From Antedon mediterranea (lineage: Eukaryota > Animalia > Echinodermata): 64,000 nucleotides of DNA. Shown here piece by piece: positions 1-13,820 of the stretch; position 1 is the first letter of the stretch, and the number at the start of each line of letters is the position of its first letter. The notes under the pieces are model-generated. The model worked only from the letters and a program-made list of their open reading frames with translations, was not told the DNA's origin and did not search any database. The stretch is from contig NC_092670.1 in NCBI RefSeq assembly GCF_964355755.1, positions 27,080,795-27,144,794 on the forward strand, given 5' to 3'. The translations under genes were made by a program, and so were the position numbers.

Positions 1-118
1 TCGCAACTCGCACTTTCCGACTCGCAACTCGCACTTTCCGACCCGCAACTCGCACTTTCAGACTCGCAACTCGCATTTTCCGACTCGCAACTCGCATTTT
101 TCTACTCGCAACTCACAC
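1..118. repeat. ~21-bp tandem repeat (GACTCGCAACTCGCACTTTCC), probably subterminal repeats of a DNA element running off the window edge
   Basis: About 5.5 near-identical units directly visible. Confidence 0.85.
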
Positions 119-179
119 AAAAGAAACCCTCCAACTCCATAGGTCTGAACCAGGAAAAATGAGTTGAAGCCACCTCTTA

Positions 180-766
180 CGTCACTAATCTTTCGTTTGT
201 TGCGATAGTTCAAGGTGATTAGATGAGTATTTTGACACCAATTTTGCTTATGTATTCCTAGTGATCACTAAGATGTCTATAAAATTAAAATATGCTTAGG
301 TCAATAGTTCAAAGGTCAAAATAAAAGGTTTCTAAGGGAATTTAGCATTTTTCTTATGAATAGAAAGTTGGGCATTCTGAATAATTTGGGACAATTTTGA
401 AGTCTCTACGGCCAGTCGTTGATGAGATATTTAGATAATCCAAATTTATGGTCAAAGGTCAAAACAGGCATTTCCGGTCATTTTTTTAAAAACTTCTCCA
501 TTACAGTGAATATAAATATTGGTCTTCTGAGTATTTTGACACCAAAATTGTTTACTTGCACCTACTGGTTGTCAAAATATGGTAAATAATGTTAAAAGGT
601 GGCCGCCATTTTGAAAAATGGCCTAATCTGGTTGAAGCACAACGGGGAAACCCGGGGACTTTTAGTATGTTGTTCCAGACAACATTAGGGACCTATCGTG
701 AAAAATTCAGCTTTAGCATATTTATTTCTACCTTGGCCCTTTTTTTGTCTAATAACTCCTAGACTA
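180..766. mobile_element. terminal fragment of an Academ-like non-autonomous DNA transposon
   Basis: Ends in ...CTAGACTA (TAG terminus on the minus strand). Internal GGTCAAAGGTCAAA and TTTGACACCA motifs are shared with the TAG-terminated element at 12710-19303. The other end was not found. Confidence 0.45.
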
Positions 767-1051
767 CTGTATATAGAGAATACTAATAATGAAATTGTTA
801 TATACCCCCAGTACAGTAGTAATGCATTGGCTGACTCAAAGAAACATGTACTGATAACAAATGTATCATCTTGCCTACTGGCACCATAGCTAGACAACAT
901 CTCTCCCCTCCTAATTTTAAATTAGGGAGTGTAATCAATTAACCAAGGGTAGTAACAAAATGCAAGGCAAGCGCGGCAAGTCACAAATTTATGCGAGGCA
1001 TCATTTCTCAAAATTGCCAGGCAGGAAATCACCGAAATTGAAGTAGCCTAG

Positions 1052-1787
1052 GCTAGTTCCCTTTTGCACCTGCCTTGTATTTTAACTCGAAATTTGTTAA
1101 CCATGCTTTATCCTGAATACCACACCTTAGAATTAGTAGGCCTACTTTAATGAAGAATAAATCCGTTAAATTGGTGATTTTACGGACGTTTTTTACTGTT
1201 CGCGAATTTCGCACACTCAGTGTTCAATATTTTGGTTTCTATGAAACGCCAAAAGAGCAAAATTAATTAGAGGGCTAAAAACTCTGGAATCTTTATATTT
1301 AACGCATTATTTGGTGAAGATTATGTCAGTAAGGAAAAATGTTACTGTTGATACTGTACACGGTTTCGTTAACCTTTTAAAGAATAAAATAGAAAAATTC
1401 ATCATAATATCCTTAGTAGGATGTCCTAGGTCTAGGCTAGGTAGTGATGTTGATTTTCTTTGAAAACAGAACAGTATCAGCAGTAACATTATTACAGTAT
1501 TTTTATTGACAGATTAACAAATATATTGAAATAAAACGTGTTTTTCACAAATAAATGCATGAAAAATTAACAGATTCCACTAAGTTTTAGTCCTCTATTA
1601 TCGTAGAAACAAAAATATTGAACATGCGTGAAATTCGCGAACAGTGTGCGAGAAACACGCCTGTAATTTAAGGATTTATTTGTTACTTTTTATGTGATTC
1701 TTTCATTAGAGTACTCATGAGTGTGGTATTCACACGATAAAGCTAGTAATCAAATTTGGAGTAAAAATACAAGCGAAGGAAACTAGC
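1052..1787. mobile_element. degenerate foldback MITE with long inverted arms
   Basis: ~1052-1300 is the diverged reverse complement of ~1570-1787 (ACTGTTCGCGAATTTC/GAAATTCGCGAACAGT; GAATACCACAC/GTGTGGTATTC). Confidence 0.65.
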
Positions 1788-2094
1788 GCCAGGTTTATTA
1801 GTATGTACATGGACAACAATAAATAAAAATCGTAATATACCTATAGCCTACAGCCTACTAAAACAGGAATAGTGTATCATTATTAAAAATATTACACCAA
1901 TTATTATAATATAAAAATTATTAAAGATTATTTATTTTCTGCATAGGCCTCTAGGTTAGGGCTAAGCATATTAGCTAAAGTTTAATTTTAGGCCTAGTAT
2001 TACGATTGTCGGACGTAAGTCTTTTTCACACGCGCTTCAGAACTAAGGGGACTTTTTCATAGACTACCTTATACATTTAATAATCTAAATAGCA

Positions 2095-2352
2095 ATCATA
2101 TCGATATTTTTAATGATAGACTTGGTTATTTTAAGAGGACAATTATGTGTTCACTTCTTTATAACCTGTTTGATTAATTGAAATTGTTTATGGCATGCCG
2201 ATCTATGTTATATATATATATATATATATATATTTTATCTGTATTTTATTGTTAACCGTTTTTGATGTTGTATTGTTTTATGTTTCAAACCTGTTAGTGG
2301 CGGTATTTATCGCTGTTGGTTTTGACTGAATAAAATAAAATTAAAATAAAAA
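2095..2352 (+). mobile_element. 3' end of a CR1-like LINE or SINE-like derivative, copy 1
   Basis: Near-identical to 4606-4879. Reads HIDIFNDRLGYFKR (CR1-like RT C-terminus), then a 3' hairpin and (AAATA)n tail. Confidence 0.65.
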
Positions 2353-3032
2353 TTCTCTCGCAATTTTTTTTCTTTGCGGCATGTTATTTGATCGGCATAT
2401 CAGTTACCTTTTATTCACCGCCAGTTATTGAACTTGTCCTGGCCATCGCTGTTCAAGAGAGGTACACATGTTGGTTTCCTAGAGAATGGAATGTCAAAAA
2501 TGTCTTTGGCACGCCGCTCAGAGAGAAGTCTGTTGCTGCTGAAACCACGTGCTATATAGGAGGGGAATCGCCACAAGGCCCCTCTCATTTAAATAAACGT
2601 TTTGACACAATGTGCAATATGTCTCATTATTTTTACTGTAATTGGCAAACCTGCTCTTCAACTAGCAAAACTACTCCTAGCAACCACTAACAAAGTCATT
2701 GCTGGATGAGTATTTGTTAATAACAAATCGAAACGCTGCACACATATATATTAATCACTGGTTTAAAGTAAAGAAGTACAGGTATTTATAAAACATGAGG
2801 AAAACATTTTAGAACATCAGTTCTAAAATCTAATACTGTCATATTTCAGTTATTGACAAAATGAGTCCTAACAATAACATTTTCTCAGAGTATCCCAAAT
2901 CCCAATTTAGAAATGGAAATAATTATGAGTTCAATTATAATTCATAAGGTCTCCAAACAAAACAATGCAAAAATGGAAAATATTCCAAAAATAGTGCTTT
3001 TGTCATAAAATGAGTTCCAGACACGTACAAGT

Positions 3033-3432
3033 CTATGGCAGTGTCTCAAGAGTTTCAAGTTCATCTGTAAGTGTGTATTCTCTGCCAATTTTTTTCTGCT
3101 GATCTTCTGACAATTCCTTAATCTCACCAGACACTAACTTTTGCTTTAACTCTTCAATTTGCCTTAACTTTTTCTTCACATTCTTTACTCTTTTTTCTGA
3201 ATTTAATGATCCATCTTTTGGCTTATCTTCTATACTTGTTCTATCTAGACAAGTTGTTACATCTTTTACACAAGTTTCTCTTTCTTTCTTCTCTTTTCGT
3301 TTTTGTTTTCTTTTTTCATTTTTTTTTGCAGATTTTGATAAAGATTCATTTTTCTCTATTTCAGGTTCCTTATAGACACCAGGTGGGAAACTTGGTTTGC
3401 TTTTTAACCACTGTGTTCCAACACTTTCATAT
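3033..3432 (-). CDS. PYM1: PYM1/WIBG last coding exon
   Basis: Acceptor tatttttgttatag|A TAT GAA. Encodes YESVGTQWLKSKPSFPPG...LSKSAKKNEKRKQKR...KRVKNVKKKLRQIEELKQKL...ELETLE then TAG, matching the PYM C-terminal pattern. Phase 2 matches the upstream exon. Confidence 0.93.
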
Positions 3433-4605
3433 CTATAACAAAAATAAATATTGAAATAAATATTTAATGTCCAGCAATTCCCCGAAACAACAGTTACAAA
3501 TAAACACCAGCAATGTACCATAAATGATAACTAAATTGCAATTTTTGTTGTAAATCACAACACAATATTTGTACCAATGGTTCTTATTCAACCAAGCATC
3601 AATTAATTATTTTTACTGATAGCAGTATTTTTTTGGATTCAGAGAAAAACCACATTTGCAATCATAATTTAATTAAATAAGAGGCTGAATATAAAATAAT
3701 TTTTTTCATATATAGATTTAGTGGAATATAGTTAGTAGTATTATAATTATTATTCATTCATTTATTCATGGTCAAACACAGCAAAGTACATGGTTTGAAG
3801 CCTCTGTTTGCACCTATTGGAAACATATGTTGAATGTTCTTTCCAGTTAAGTTTATGATCAATTATTGTACCTATATATATTTATGATGTTTTACAATCT
3901 TAACCTTATCATTCATAATTATCAGCTCACTGTGTTTTTTATCAAGTTTCCTATAATCAATAAATAATCTTTTGTTTTCTTGATATTCAACTTCAATTAA
4001 TTATCAGCACACTAAGAGTATAACTGAGTAGAATCATCTTTTACAAGACCAACAAGACAGGTATCATCTGCAGATTTTACAGTAAAACACTTTGTTAAAC
4101 TTGGTCACCTATATTACAGTTAAAATCATCATTAGTATATAATATAAAGAGAAAGAAAGAAATTGGTGAAAGGACACAGCCGTGGGGTGTTCCGGTATTG
4201 CATGTGCAGATTTCAGATTTACACTCATTAAAACAGACAAATTGTTCCCTATCCTTTAAAAAATTATTGATCCATGAAATGATAGACTGGTTTACACCTA
4301 AAATATTCATTTTCTTCATTACAATATGTGGTTGTATAGTATTAAAAGCGGACAAAAAATCTAGAAATAAAACCCTAGCATAAGTATTAGCACAATCGAG
4401 ATGTCGAGCAAGCAAGTTATTTATTGAAGTACTTAGTAGTAGCGGCATCATCTACACACCTATGTGAACGATATGCAAATTGATAAGAATCTAATTTATC
4501 ACCAACATCATTAAGGATTTTACTTTTAACAATTTATTCAAGAAATTTCATAGGCTAGGTCTAGTCATTTAGCGTTTAGGGTTACTACTTTTTTCCAGTG
4601 AACGT

Positions 4606-4879
4606 ATCATATCGATATTTTTAATGATAGACTTGGTTATTTTAAGAGGACGATTATGTGTTCACTTCTTGAACAGCCTGCATAACCTGTTTTAATTGAA
4701 ATTGTTTATGGCATGCCAATCTATGTTTTATATATATATATATATATTTTATCTGTATTTTATTGTTAACCGTTTTTGATGTTGTATTGTTTTATGTTTC
4801 AAACCTGTTAGTGGCGGTATTTATCGCTGTTGGTTTTGATTGAATAAAATAAAATAAAATAAAATAAATAAAATAAAAT
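4606..4879 (+). mobile_element. 3' end of a CR1-like LINE or SINE-like derivative, copy 2
   Basis: Near-identical to 2095-2352, with an (AAATA)n tail. Flanked by the probable TSD CAGTGAACGT/CAGTGAGCGT. Confidence 0.7.
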
Positions 4880-5077
4880 CAGTGAGCGTTTCCAAATAGT
4901 AGGTACCTCATGTAATCTAAGCATGGAGTCTCCATGATCTAAGTGACCAGTTATATAAAATAGCAAAAACATGGGATAATTGCACATTACATTCCTTAAT
5001 TACTTTACCACTGACGCCACCTGGGCCTTTTGCTTTTCTTAGATTTACTTTTACCCGATATACTTTCTTTAATATTA

Positions 5078-5800
5078 CAGTAGAACCTGAATTTTACGTA
5101 CCCTGATTTTACGTTCCTGTGATTTTACGTACGCTTACAGTGTGGCCAGCGAGCGAAATGAAAAAAGCTCTTCGGGTTTTCAGCCAAATTATGCTAGATT
5201 GTGTACAAATTATGCCAGATTTTTTCGCAATTATGCCAGATAATATGCTAAATCGTGGTGAATATGTTGTATGTTTGCGTTTTTCAAATTATGCCAGATT
5301 ATGCCAGATTTCCTAAAATTATGCCTAGCATAAATGCCAGATGGGTCAAAATTATGCCAGACGGCATAATTATGCCAGATTTGGCCACTATGTACGCTTA
5401 AAATAACCGATGACGTCATCATTTTCTTACATTGAGGGCGCAATTTAACAACAACAAACAAAGCCATGGCTGTGTGAAAAATTCTGCTGTGTGTGAGACA
5501 AGCTACACACGTGCATTCCCCCTACAGCAGCGACTGTTTTTATTGATAGAAAATACAAGAACATTGATATTTTATTTATAACACTTTATTTAAACGCACA
5601 GGCTGTATATACTGTACTTTTCTAGTTAGGCCTCACATCTTGCTAGGCCTGCTAGCCTGGCCTGAATAGTCTAGTAGGAAAGGCCTAGCTAGTGACCACC
5701 TGGAAGCTGTACAGTAAAGTAGGCAAACACGGTAGCCTTTATAGCTACGATCTCTACGTATTTGGGGTCCCGCACCGTACGTAAAATGAAGGTTCTACTG
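5078..5800. mobile_element. Tc1/mariner-pogo-type MITE
   Basis: 24-bp TIR CAGTAGAACCT..ATTTTACGTAC (22/24 match) with TA TSD. Confidence 0.85.
5138..5392. mobile_element. hAT-type MITE nested in the Tc1 MITE
   Basis: 8-bp TSD TACGCTTA (5130-5137 and 5393-5400). TIR CA..GTGGCCA. Many ATTATGCCAGA internal repeats. Confidence 0.8.
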
Positions 5801-7854
5801 TATTTTCAATTTGACACACCTATCGTTATTAAAATCTTGACCATCAAAACGTAAATAAAATGAATTAAGATCACAGGCCATTTCTTTGTCATCATCTGCA
5901 GTTTTCGTAACTGCATGTGGCACACTTTTTACCATAACCTGTCATTTTCTTCATACTGTCCCATACTTCTTTGCTATTACCAGATCGGAACTTGTCTTCA
6001 ATCTTTCTTCCAAACTTTCTCTTGCATTGCAACAATTCCATCTTTAACTCTTTCTGTATTTGCTTCCTATCCATATTCTCGATGCTTTCTTTTAATTAAT
6101 TTCTTTAACCTTTCATTAAGCCATGGGTTTGTTGTTAGGGTACACTTTGACGTGCCTCTCCTTGACACAGAAATCAATATAGCTTGAAATTGCCTCTGTT
6201 GCTTCATCTAATGTACATGTAATACATGTGAATCTGTCAATATGGCTAAAACTTTCAGTGTCAACATCAGTTGTCATTACACATGCATCTCTAAAATATT
6301 GCAATGAAGAAGTATTTACCTTCAGTTCATCAAGTTTTCCTCTTGACAGAACGAGCGTTAAACATTATTACAGATGGAAGTGGTGGTTTGTAGGCTATTC
6401 GTTTAAGTCGTAGCCTAACGCCACCACGCTTCATTTGTTTCATATCATGCGGGAAATCATTATTATACGCCATATGTGCCAAATGATTTATCTTTTGCTA
6501 ATATTAATTCGAAACAGGGTCTAGACTCTAGAACCTAGACTAGTTTCAGGCACAAAAGTGATTTTTATCAGGGAAATGTAGAAGTATTAGGTACATTGAA
6601 ACTTTAAGAACAATGCAATCAATGAAATAGTACAATATGTTATATATTCCTACACATTATTTTAATCAATTGCCTATTAGTACATACTAGGCACACACTT
6701 TCGACCCTTGTTTACTAAAAACAATAATAATTTCGACAGAACGTTAACATAGCTGTTCCACATGTTCTAGTAACCATCATCATTAATGTTAAAGACATGT
6801 TAAAGAAACCCGTTTGTAGAAATACAATTAAAGAGCTTGAGGATGAGTGCAGAAAATTATGCCAATCTATACAATTACATATAATTGAACGTGTATATGA
6901 CAACGACTTTGACGACTACATAGACAACGTGGACCACATTCCATCAGATTGAGACAAAATGATAATTCGGTTTGTCTCCCTCTTACCACCATCGCCGAGC
7001 CTGGACCACCCACCTCCTAGCACTGCATTTCAAGAGACCACTCGCCAGTCAACTCTGCAATTTGTGGCAGGAAACATAAAGTCAGCCATAAAGCCCCAGT
7101 ATCGCCAGTTACGAAGACGAAATTCAATGCAAATTGAAGATATTTGGTAAAGGCAAAAAAAAGGTTAAACAGATATCAAGAAAAGATCAACGAGGCTGCA
7201 TTCGCGTTAGCAAAAGGTTTTCTTTTAGAACAGGCAAGGAAAGTGGAAAGGGCAAGTCCAAAAAGAACACCTACTCGAAGGATCGTACCAGCAAAGAACA
7301 ATTAGAAGTCTTACAGGAACAGATTAACGGCATTACAATGCAAGCTGATTATATGGAAAAAGGGAAAATCAAAGCGGTCGGTTTGAGCAAATTTGGTCAA
7401 GCTCTCAATTTTGAGCAGCAAGCAGCAGCCTTATTTGAAATTAAAATTAAGAAGACTTGTCTGCGAGAAGGCTGGCATTGAACGGTGTGCAGCAAAGTTA
7501 AAGAAGAGACTAAACAAAAAGTCCTATGGGAATATCAACAGCCAAACAAACCAAATAGACGTTTACTCCGACCAACATAAGTGATGTTCAACCAACCGTC
7601 AGCGAAATAAGCTTCAGAAGATGACATAGATCTAACAGTAATACCACCACCACTAGTAGAAGAAGATAATAAAACAGGCTTACCCGTGCACCATTAGATG
7701 AAAGAAAACAGTACAAGCATCAATTAAGCAACAGCAACAAATACGAGAAGACTTGTGGGAGCTTGCATCAATGCAGTCCTCAGCAGAACAAAGTAGTACA
7801 CCAAGAACATAAAACTGAAGGAACTTGTTTCACAGAAAGTAAATCGGAGAGTGA

Positions 7855-9685
7855 CAAGATAAGATAAGATAAGATAACTTTTATTGATCCTCAAAAAGGA
7901 AATTCATTGCTCGTCATAATAACAAAGAAAACACTATAAAAACAAATAAAGCATAAAACCATTCATTTAAAACATCTAAAAAATTACAATATAAAATTAT
8001 CTTCTTGACTTCCTGTTGTACTGGATGATACCGGAGGGAATAAAGGATTTAGCAAATCGATTTGTTTTCACACTGAGGAGCCTCAATCTACCACTTGGAT
8101 TAAGTTGGTCTATGATCACTTTGTGGAGAGGATGAGAGGCATCCGACTCAATGCGTTCGAAATCTTTCTGGAGGTGTTCTAGGTGCACATCGGTAAAGGA
8201 AGGCAGTTCCAGACCAATCATTTTACCAGCCCAACGGATGAAAGTTTCAAGGCGTCCTTTATTCCCTCCGGTAACAATACCAGCCCAACAGGAGAGGCAA
8301 TACGTCCAAACACTACATATAACGGATCTATAGAACGAAAGTAACATCAAATCACAGGAGTTAAATTTATATAAAGTTCTCATACAATACATTCTGGGAC
8401 TTAATTTTTTACTGATGAAGTCTATATGGTCTCCCCAACTCAGTTTATCATTGAAAACAATTCCTAGATACTTGTACTGGTCAACAATTTCAATTTCTTT
8501 ACCTTTGATAGTGATTGGTTGAAAATTAAATTTATGTTTAGTCCTAAAATCAATGATCATCTCCTTTGTTTTTGATGCATTTATTTGGAGATAATTATCG
8601 TCACAAAATTTAACAAATCTTTGTATTTCGCTACGATAATTTTCATCATTGTTTGAAACTATGAGACCAATAGTACTAGTGTCATCAGTGAATTTAACAA
8701 CGGGGCAAAGCTCATCATTTAAAGATCTGTAATCCGCCGTATACAAGGAATATAATTTAGGTGCGTTGACAGTACCCTGAGGAACACCGGTGTCAGAGGT
8801 TACGATTTCTGACTTAACACCATTAATATTAACAAATTGTTTTCTATCACAAATGAAATTTAAAACTAAACGAACAATCGGACGGGGAAACTCCATATTC
8901 AAAATTTTGTCTGCTAAGATATGGGGTTGTATGGTATTAAACGCAGATTGAAAATCAAAATACATAATACGTGCCGAGTGGCCTTTCTTTACATTATCTA
9001 GATGTGAATACAATTTATGTAATTTAAAATAAATCGCATCACTGGTACTACGGAGTGATCAGTAAGCAAATTGCAACGGGTCTAACACTTTTTCAGCATA
9101 AGGTTGCATAATTTTTTAAATAATACGTTCCAATATTTTCATCGCGACAGACGTGAGTCTCAAATCATTCATGCTGTTAATCTTAGGTTTCTTAGGTACC
9201 GGTATTATGCATGAAAGTTTCCAAATATCCGGGAACGCATGATAAGAAAGACACATATTGAAAATAAATGTAAATATACAAGGTGAGGAGAGCAGACCTT
9301 AAGTACTCGTGGTGGGATTCTATCCGGCCCAGCAGCCTTCGATGAATTGAGTTTCATGAATTCGTTATGTACATCAGAAATGCTTATACTAAATTTGGGA
9401 TCATCTTCAGTCACCCGACAAGCTAAATAGAGCCTCTCTTTCTTTTTTAAAATCATGAACATTAAAACGGTTATAAAATTCATTTAACTCATTAACATAT
9501 TGCACAGTAACATTCGGAATCGAGGTGGGTGTATTACCACCGTTTGTGTAACCACTCATAAGTTTCATACCCTGCCAAACTTGTTTCATATTATTAGACC
9601 TGAAGTTATGTTCAACTTTTTTCCTATAAATGTTCTTCTGTTTCATTATTTCAGATTTAATCTCTCTAGTCAATATTTTCGACCT
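7855..9685 (-). mobile_element. 5'-truncated Rex1/Babar-like LINE inserted in the Zator-like gene
   Basis: RT fragments plus the 3' end GGATCAATAAAAGTT(ATCTT)n on the minus strand. Host coding-like sequence resumes after 9685. Confidence 0.9.
7997..9013 (-). pseudogene. reverse transcriptase C-terminal part of the Rex1/Babar-like LINE
   Basis: ARIMYFDFQSAFNTIQPH, GVPQG, YTAD, KFTDD, LQINASKTKEMIIDFR, YKYLG, KTNRFAKSFIP. The upstream part is frameshifted. Confidence 0.9.
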
Positions 9686-11585
9686 AGAAGACTATGTCAT
9701 CTTACAAAAAAAAACAGAAAAGGCAACACAAAAGGTGAAGGAACTATCTCTTCTCGTATACTGAGCGCAATTTAGCTAAAAAAGTTGCCAAAGAGTCATT
9801 GTTGAAAAGAAAATTGCCCGTGGCTGTCAGTCGGACAATGATTAAGTATTCGGATATTGGAAAAGTCATGGAAGAATTTGTTCATGATAATTTGGTTGGC
9901 ACCGATGCCTGGCGACGAACTTGTGTGTTCACGCTCGATGGAAATTTAAAGCTAGGAAAGAAAGGTACTTATAAACGGTTAATGGAATTTCTAAAAGAAA
10001 AGTACCAAGATATGGCACTGTAGTACAATTGTGTGCCTGTCATAACCGACGTAGGCTATCTGCCAAACTGTACAAAGGTGCTGCACAGATTACCTCCAGA
10101 AGAGCCAGGAAAGGGTGGAATGTTTGCCTAAACCATAGCCATTGGAGTAATTTTGGATGGCAGCAATAAATTTATATTAAACCGAGATGATGTCCCCGGT
10201 TACCGTCTGGACACAACATATACTCACAAACAATACAAATCAATTTCATTAAAGAATAAACCAGAACTAACTACACACACACAGACTATGTGAACAAATC
10301 AGTGATCTGTAAGCCGAAGGCTTCGGCTATTACAAATCACTGGAACAAATACAAATAAGTTCTACAAACGTCAATGCACCTTGTAATGGAAACGGGAAAT
10401 ACAAACCAAAGTTCTTGGAGTTGTCAAAGCTCATCACTTGTACCCAAAAAATGCGACACAGCTCATGGCTAACCTCTACATGATGAGTGAAATGAATGAG
10501 TTTAAGGATGATACGCACAAGCCCATCGACTGTATTCGTGTCGACGGAACATCGGATGAAGGCCTATCGTATGCAGGAGTACAACTCTTATGGAGCGAAT
10601 GGCATTTAAAAATGAAGTAATTTTGTACACTGGTAACAGTTCGGTATGCTGGTGGAAGCTACCTTAACAGAGTTGAACAAATAAATGGATGTCTTTCAAG
10701 AACACAAGCTAATATGTTTATACCATCAACGATTCATGGGTCAAATTTTAGCAATGACGGTATAGACGAGGAAGTTTTGGAAAAGAACTTTGAAACTGCA
10801 TCTGATGTTTATATATCGCTGTAATGGAGCACCAGCAGGACGTTCGCAAATACAACTCGTTAAAGGAAGTAAGAGTGAACAAACGTACTTAAAAGGATCA
10901 CAAACAGCCAAACAGAAACTTAAAGAAGATAAGCCTGAATTAGTCACACATTTCTCAAAAATATGGGACTTGGGTAACAGACACATGTAAAGAGGACTAC
11001 TATCTTATGTTTTAATATAAAATAGTTCATTTGTACCCAGATCCCAAATGACTATGCAGCGGTGATTGTGGTACTTTCAGTGGTAACTGCAATGGTCATT
11101 TTTTAATTTTCCTGATAATATGAAGGGATCGTATGTGGCACATGCAAGGGAAACCAGACAAATTTGAGATTTCCACAAATACTGAAACTACATAATCCAA
11201 GATTTAAAATGCTGAAAAAAATATCTTGATACCATGTCTACTTCTAAAGTTTTGGCTGTTACAATTAGTGTTTTGAGAAAAGTGCTTTTCAAGTTAAGTA
11301 ACAGGAAATGACAAATACAAAAAAATAAACAGGGCCTTTACGCCTTAGCAAAAGGGTATTCTAATTGTTTTATTTCAATGAAACTTCGCACCTTCGTTAA
11401 ATAACTATTGTTCTATTATTATGCAAAATTTTCATTAAAATCAACCCAAAGGAACACTTTTAATTTAAGCATAATACATGATGGGTTTTATGAAAATCAT
11501 ACATAATTACACCATCTTTTTAACCAACATACCTCACAAAATGTTAAAATAGAAAAACTGAAAAACACCAATGTAATTGTAATGG

Positions 11586-12490
11586 TTATACAGATATTGC
11601 CTGCTTAGAGGTGAAATATAAGATTTGACATCCCCAAGGGAATGATATTATGTTCGAGGGAATATATAATTCCCCGAGAACATAATATCATCCCGAGGGG
11701 ATGTTAAATCTTATATTTTAGCGATATAAAAGGCGATATCTGTTATATTACATCAACAACAAGTAGAATATCTGCTGGGTCGTCGGGTAGCTAGGCTAGG
11801 CCTCCTTTTTGTATTTTGTATGTAAACAAGCTGCCTAGACACCTTACCTTGCGAAGAATAATATACAGATTACTAATTAATGATTCCTTGGCAATCAAAT
11901 ATACTAGCCTAGGTCGTTTAAATAATAACAGAAGAATTTCCATCAATAAGCCTACATTAATAATAATAATATTATCAGGTAGGCTGAATAAATAATAATT
12001 CGTCCTCTTCGAGCCGCGCCGAATCACCGGATGTTCAGTGCGTCGCGCGCGTACCGGTTACTACTGTGAGTATTAACCAATCACAAACGGTCTTTCATCA
12101 CATCTAGGGAGGACTAATAACAAATGAGGGTGCTATGTATGCATAGTTTAAATAGTTTAGTTGATTAATTTCTTCCCGCTCCGTTCCGTGGCGCAGCGCA
12201 TGAAGCGTTGTCTTGTGATGGAGAGACAATTTCATCGCGAGTTCAAGACTCAGTAGATGACTTTTGTTTATTTATCGGCACAAATATTGCCACACGAAAA
12301 TTACACAGTCAATATCATCGTACTCGAGAATTTGCTGGATTTTATATGTTTAATGACGGACACGATAATTACGCGAAAATTACTCAGTCAACATCATCGT
12401 ACTTGAGGATGTATACGATTTACGATCCTCGCAGCGGTAGTCATGTGATGCAGTTTCAACCAATCACGTACACATAGGCTATGTAATATA
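11586..12490. mobile_element. non-autonomous element with a ~155-bp terminal palindrome (possibly Crypton-like)
   Basis: 11591-11743 folds back: CAGATATTGCC/GGCGATATCTG, AAATATAAGATTTGACATCCCC/GGGGATGTTAAATCTTATATTT, ATGATATTATGTTC/GAACATAATATCAT. The family call is a guess. Confidence 0.45.
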
Positions 12491-12709
12491 AATAAATATT
12501 GTTTCAGCTATCATTTTCTTTAAAAATAACAAAATTGTAAAAAAAAAATGTTTCAGCCTTTTTGTTTTTGCTCTTTCTACAAATCTACATACACATGCAA
12601 CTTATGTCCGATTTCACTTGCATAGGCTATGTAATATAAATAAATACTGTTTCAGCTATCATTTTCTTTAAAAATAAAAAAATTGAAAAAAAAAAATTTT
12701 TCAGCCTTT
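12473..12709. repeat. local ~148-bp tandem duplication whose second copy is split by the Academ-like element
   Basis: CATAGGCTATGTAATATAAATAAAT... occurs at 12473 and 12621. The rest of the second copy resumes at ~19304. Confidence 0.8.
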
Positions 12710-13820
12710 TAGTCCGGTGGCAGGAGGGGGAATCACAAGCCGAAAGGGGACAAATTGCCATCCAACTTTTCTAGACTAGAATTTTCCGTAGATTACGAAT
12801 ATGGAAGGTAATCGATCAGGATAGGAAGCGTTTTAGAGATATAAGGGGTCAAAGTTCAAAATTGACCAATTACAACAATGTATTATGTATATGTATTATA
12901 ACAAATTTATTGAAGCACAATTTGGTCTTTTATTACATTTTTATGATTATAGGCGTCTATTCAATCACTTTATGAAAAAAAATCCTTTGTGATTAAGGGT
13001 CAAATGTCAATATTGACCAATCATAGAACGTACCTATAAAACCAAATAAAAACTAATATTTAATAAAAAATTGGATGTTTTCTCATCCTGTTAATCAATC
13101 ATACGCAATGTAAAAAAGCGAATACATCATTTCATCAGTTGACATAAGGTCAAAGGTCAACATTTTAATACGTGTATTAGTTAACAAATAAATGCAAAGT
13201 TGTCCAAACTATGATATTGATGGTTTTACAAGTAATCAAATTATTTGATTAGTAAAGTTATGTTATTTCATTATAATTTTGATTAATATAATTATAATAC
13301 TGTATTTAATCAAATCAGACTTCGATCAGGATAGGAAGCGAATAAGAAAAGATAAGGGGTCAAAGTTTAAAATTGACCAATTATAACAATGTATTATATA
13401 CATATGTATTAAAACCAGTTTATTAAAGTTCAATTTGGTCTTTTAATATATTTGTATGGTTATAGGTATTGTATGGTGTTATTCAGTCGCCTTATAAAAC
13501 AAATACTTTGCAATTAAAGGTCAATTTCAATATTGACCAATCACACAATTTGCATTTAAAACCAAATAAAAACTAAAATTTAAGACAAAATGTTATGTTT
13601 TATCATTCTGTTAAGACATCTATCAATCATACACAATCCAAAGAGCACATTTATCATTACACAAGTTGACATGGGTCAAAGGTCAACATTTGAACAAATG
13701 ATATACTAAATAATGCAAAGTTATTCAAACTATGAGATCGATGTTCATAAATGTAATCACGTTATTTGATCAGTGAAGTTATGGTATTTTTATATTTTTT
13801 CTAGTGCGCATTATTTTAAA

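Larger units (their letters stand above)
3975..6340 (-). mobile_element. decayed Rex1/Babar-like LINE fragment interrupted by three insertions
   Basis: YARVLFLDFLSAFNTIQPH, NTGTPHGCVLSP, LYTND, VKVYPNNKP and KEVWDSMKKMTG fragments, with many frameshifts. Confidence 0.85.

Noticed and set aside
3433-3521. N-terminal part of the 162-aa ORF 3033..3521
   Set aside because: Intronic read-through upstream of the acceptor at 3433-3434.
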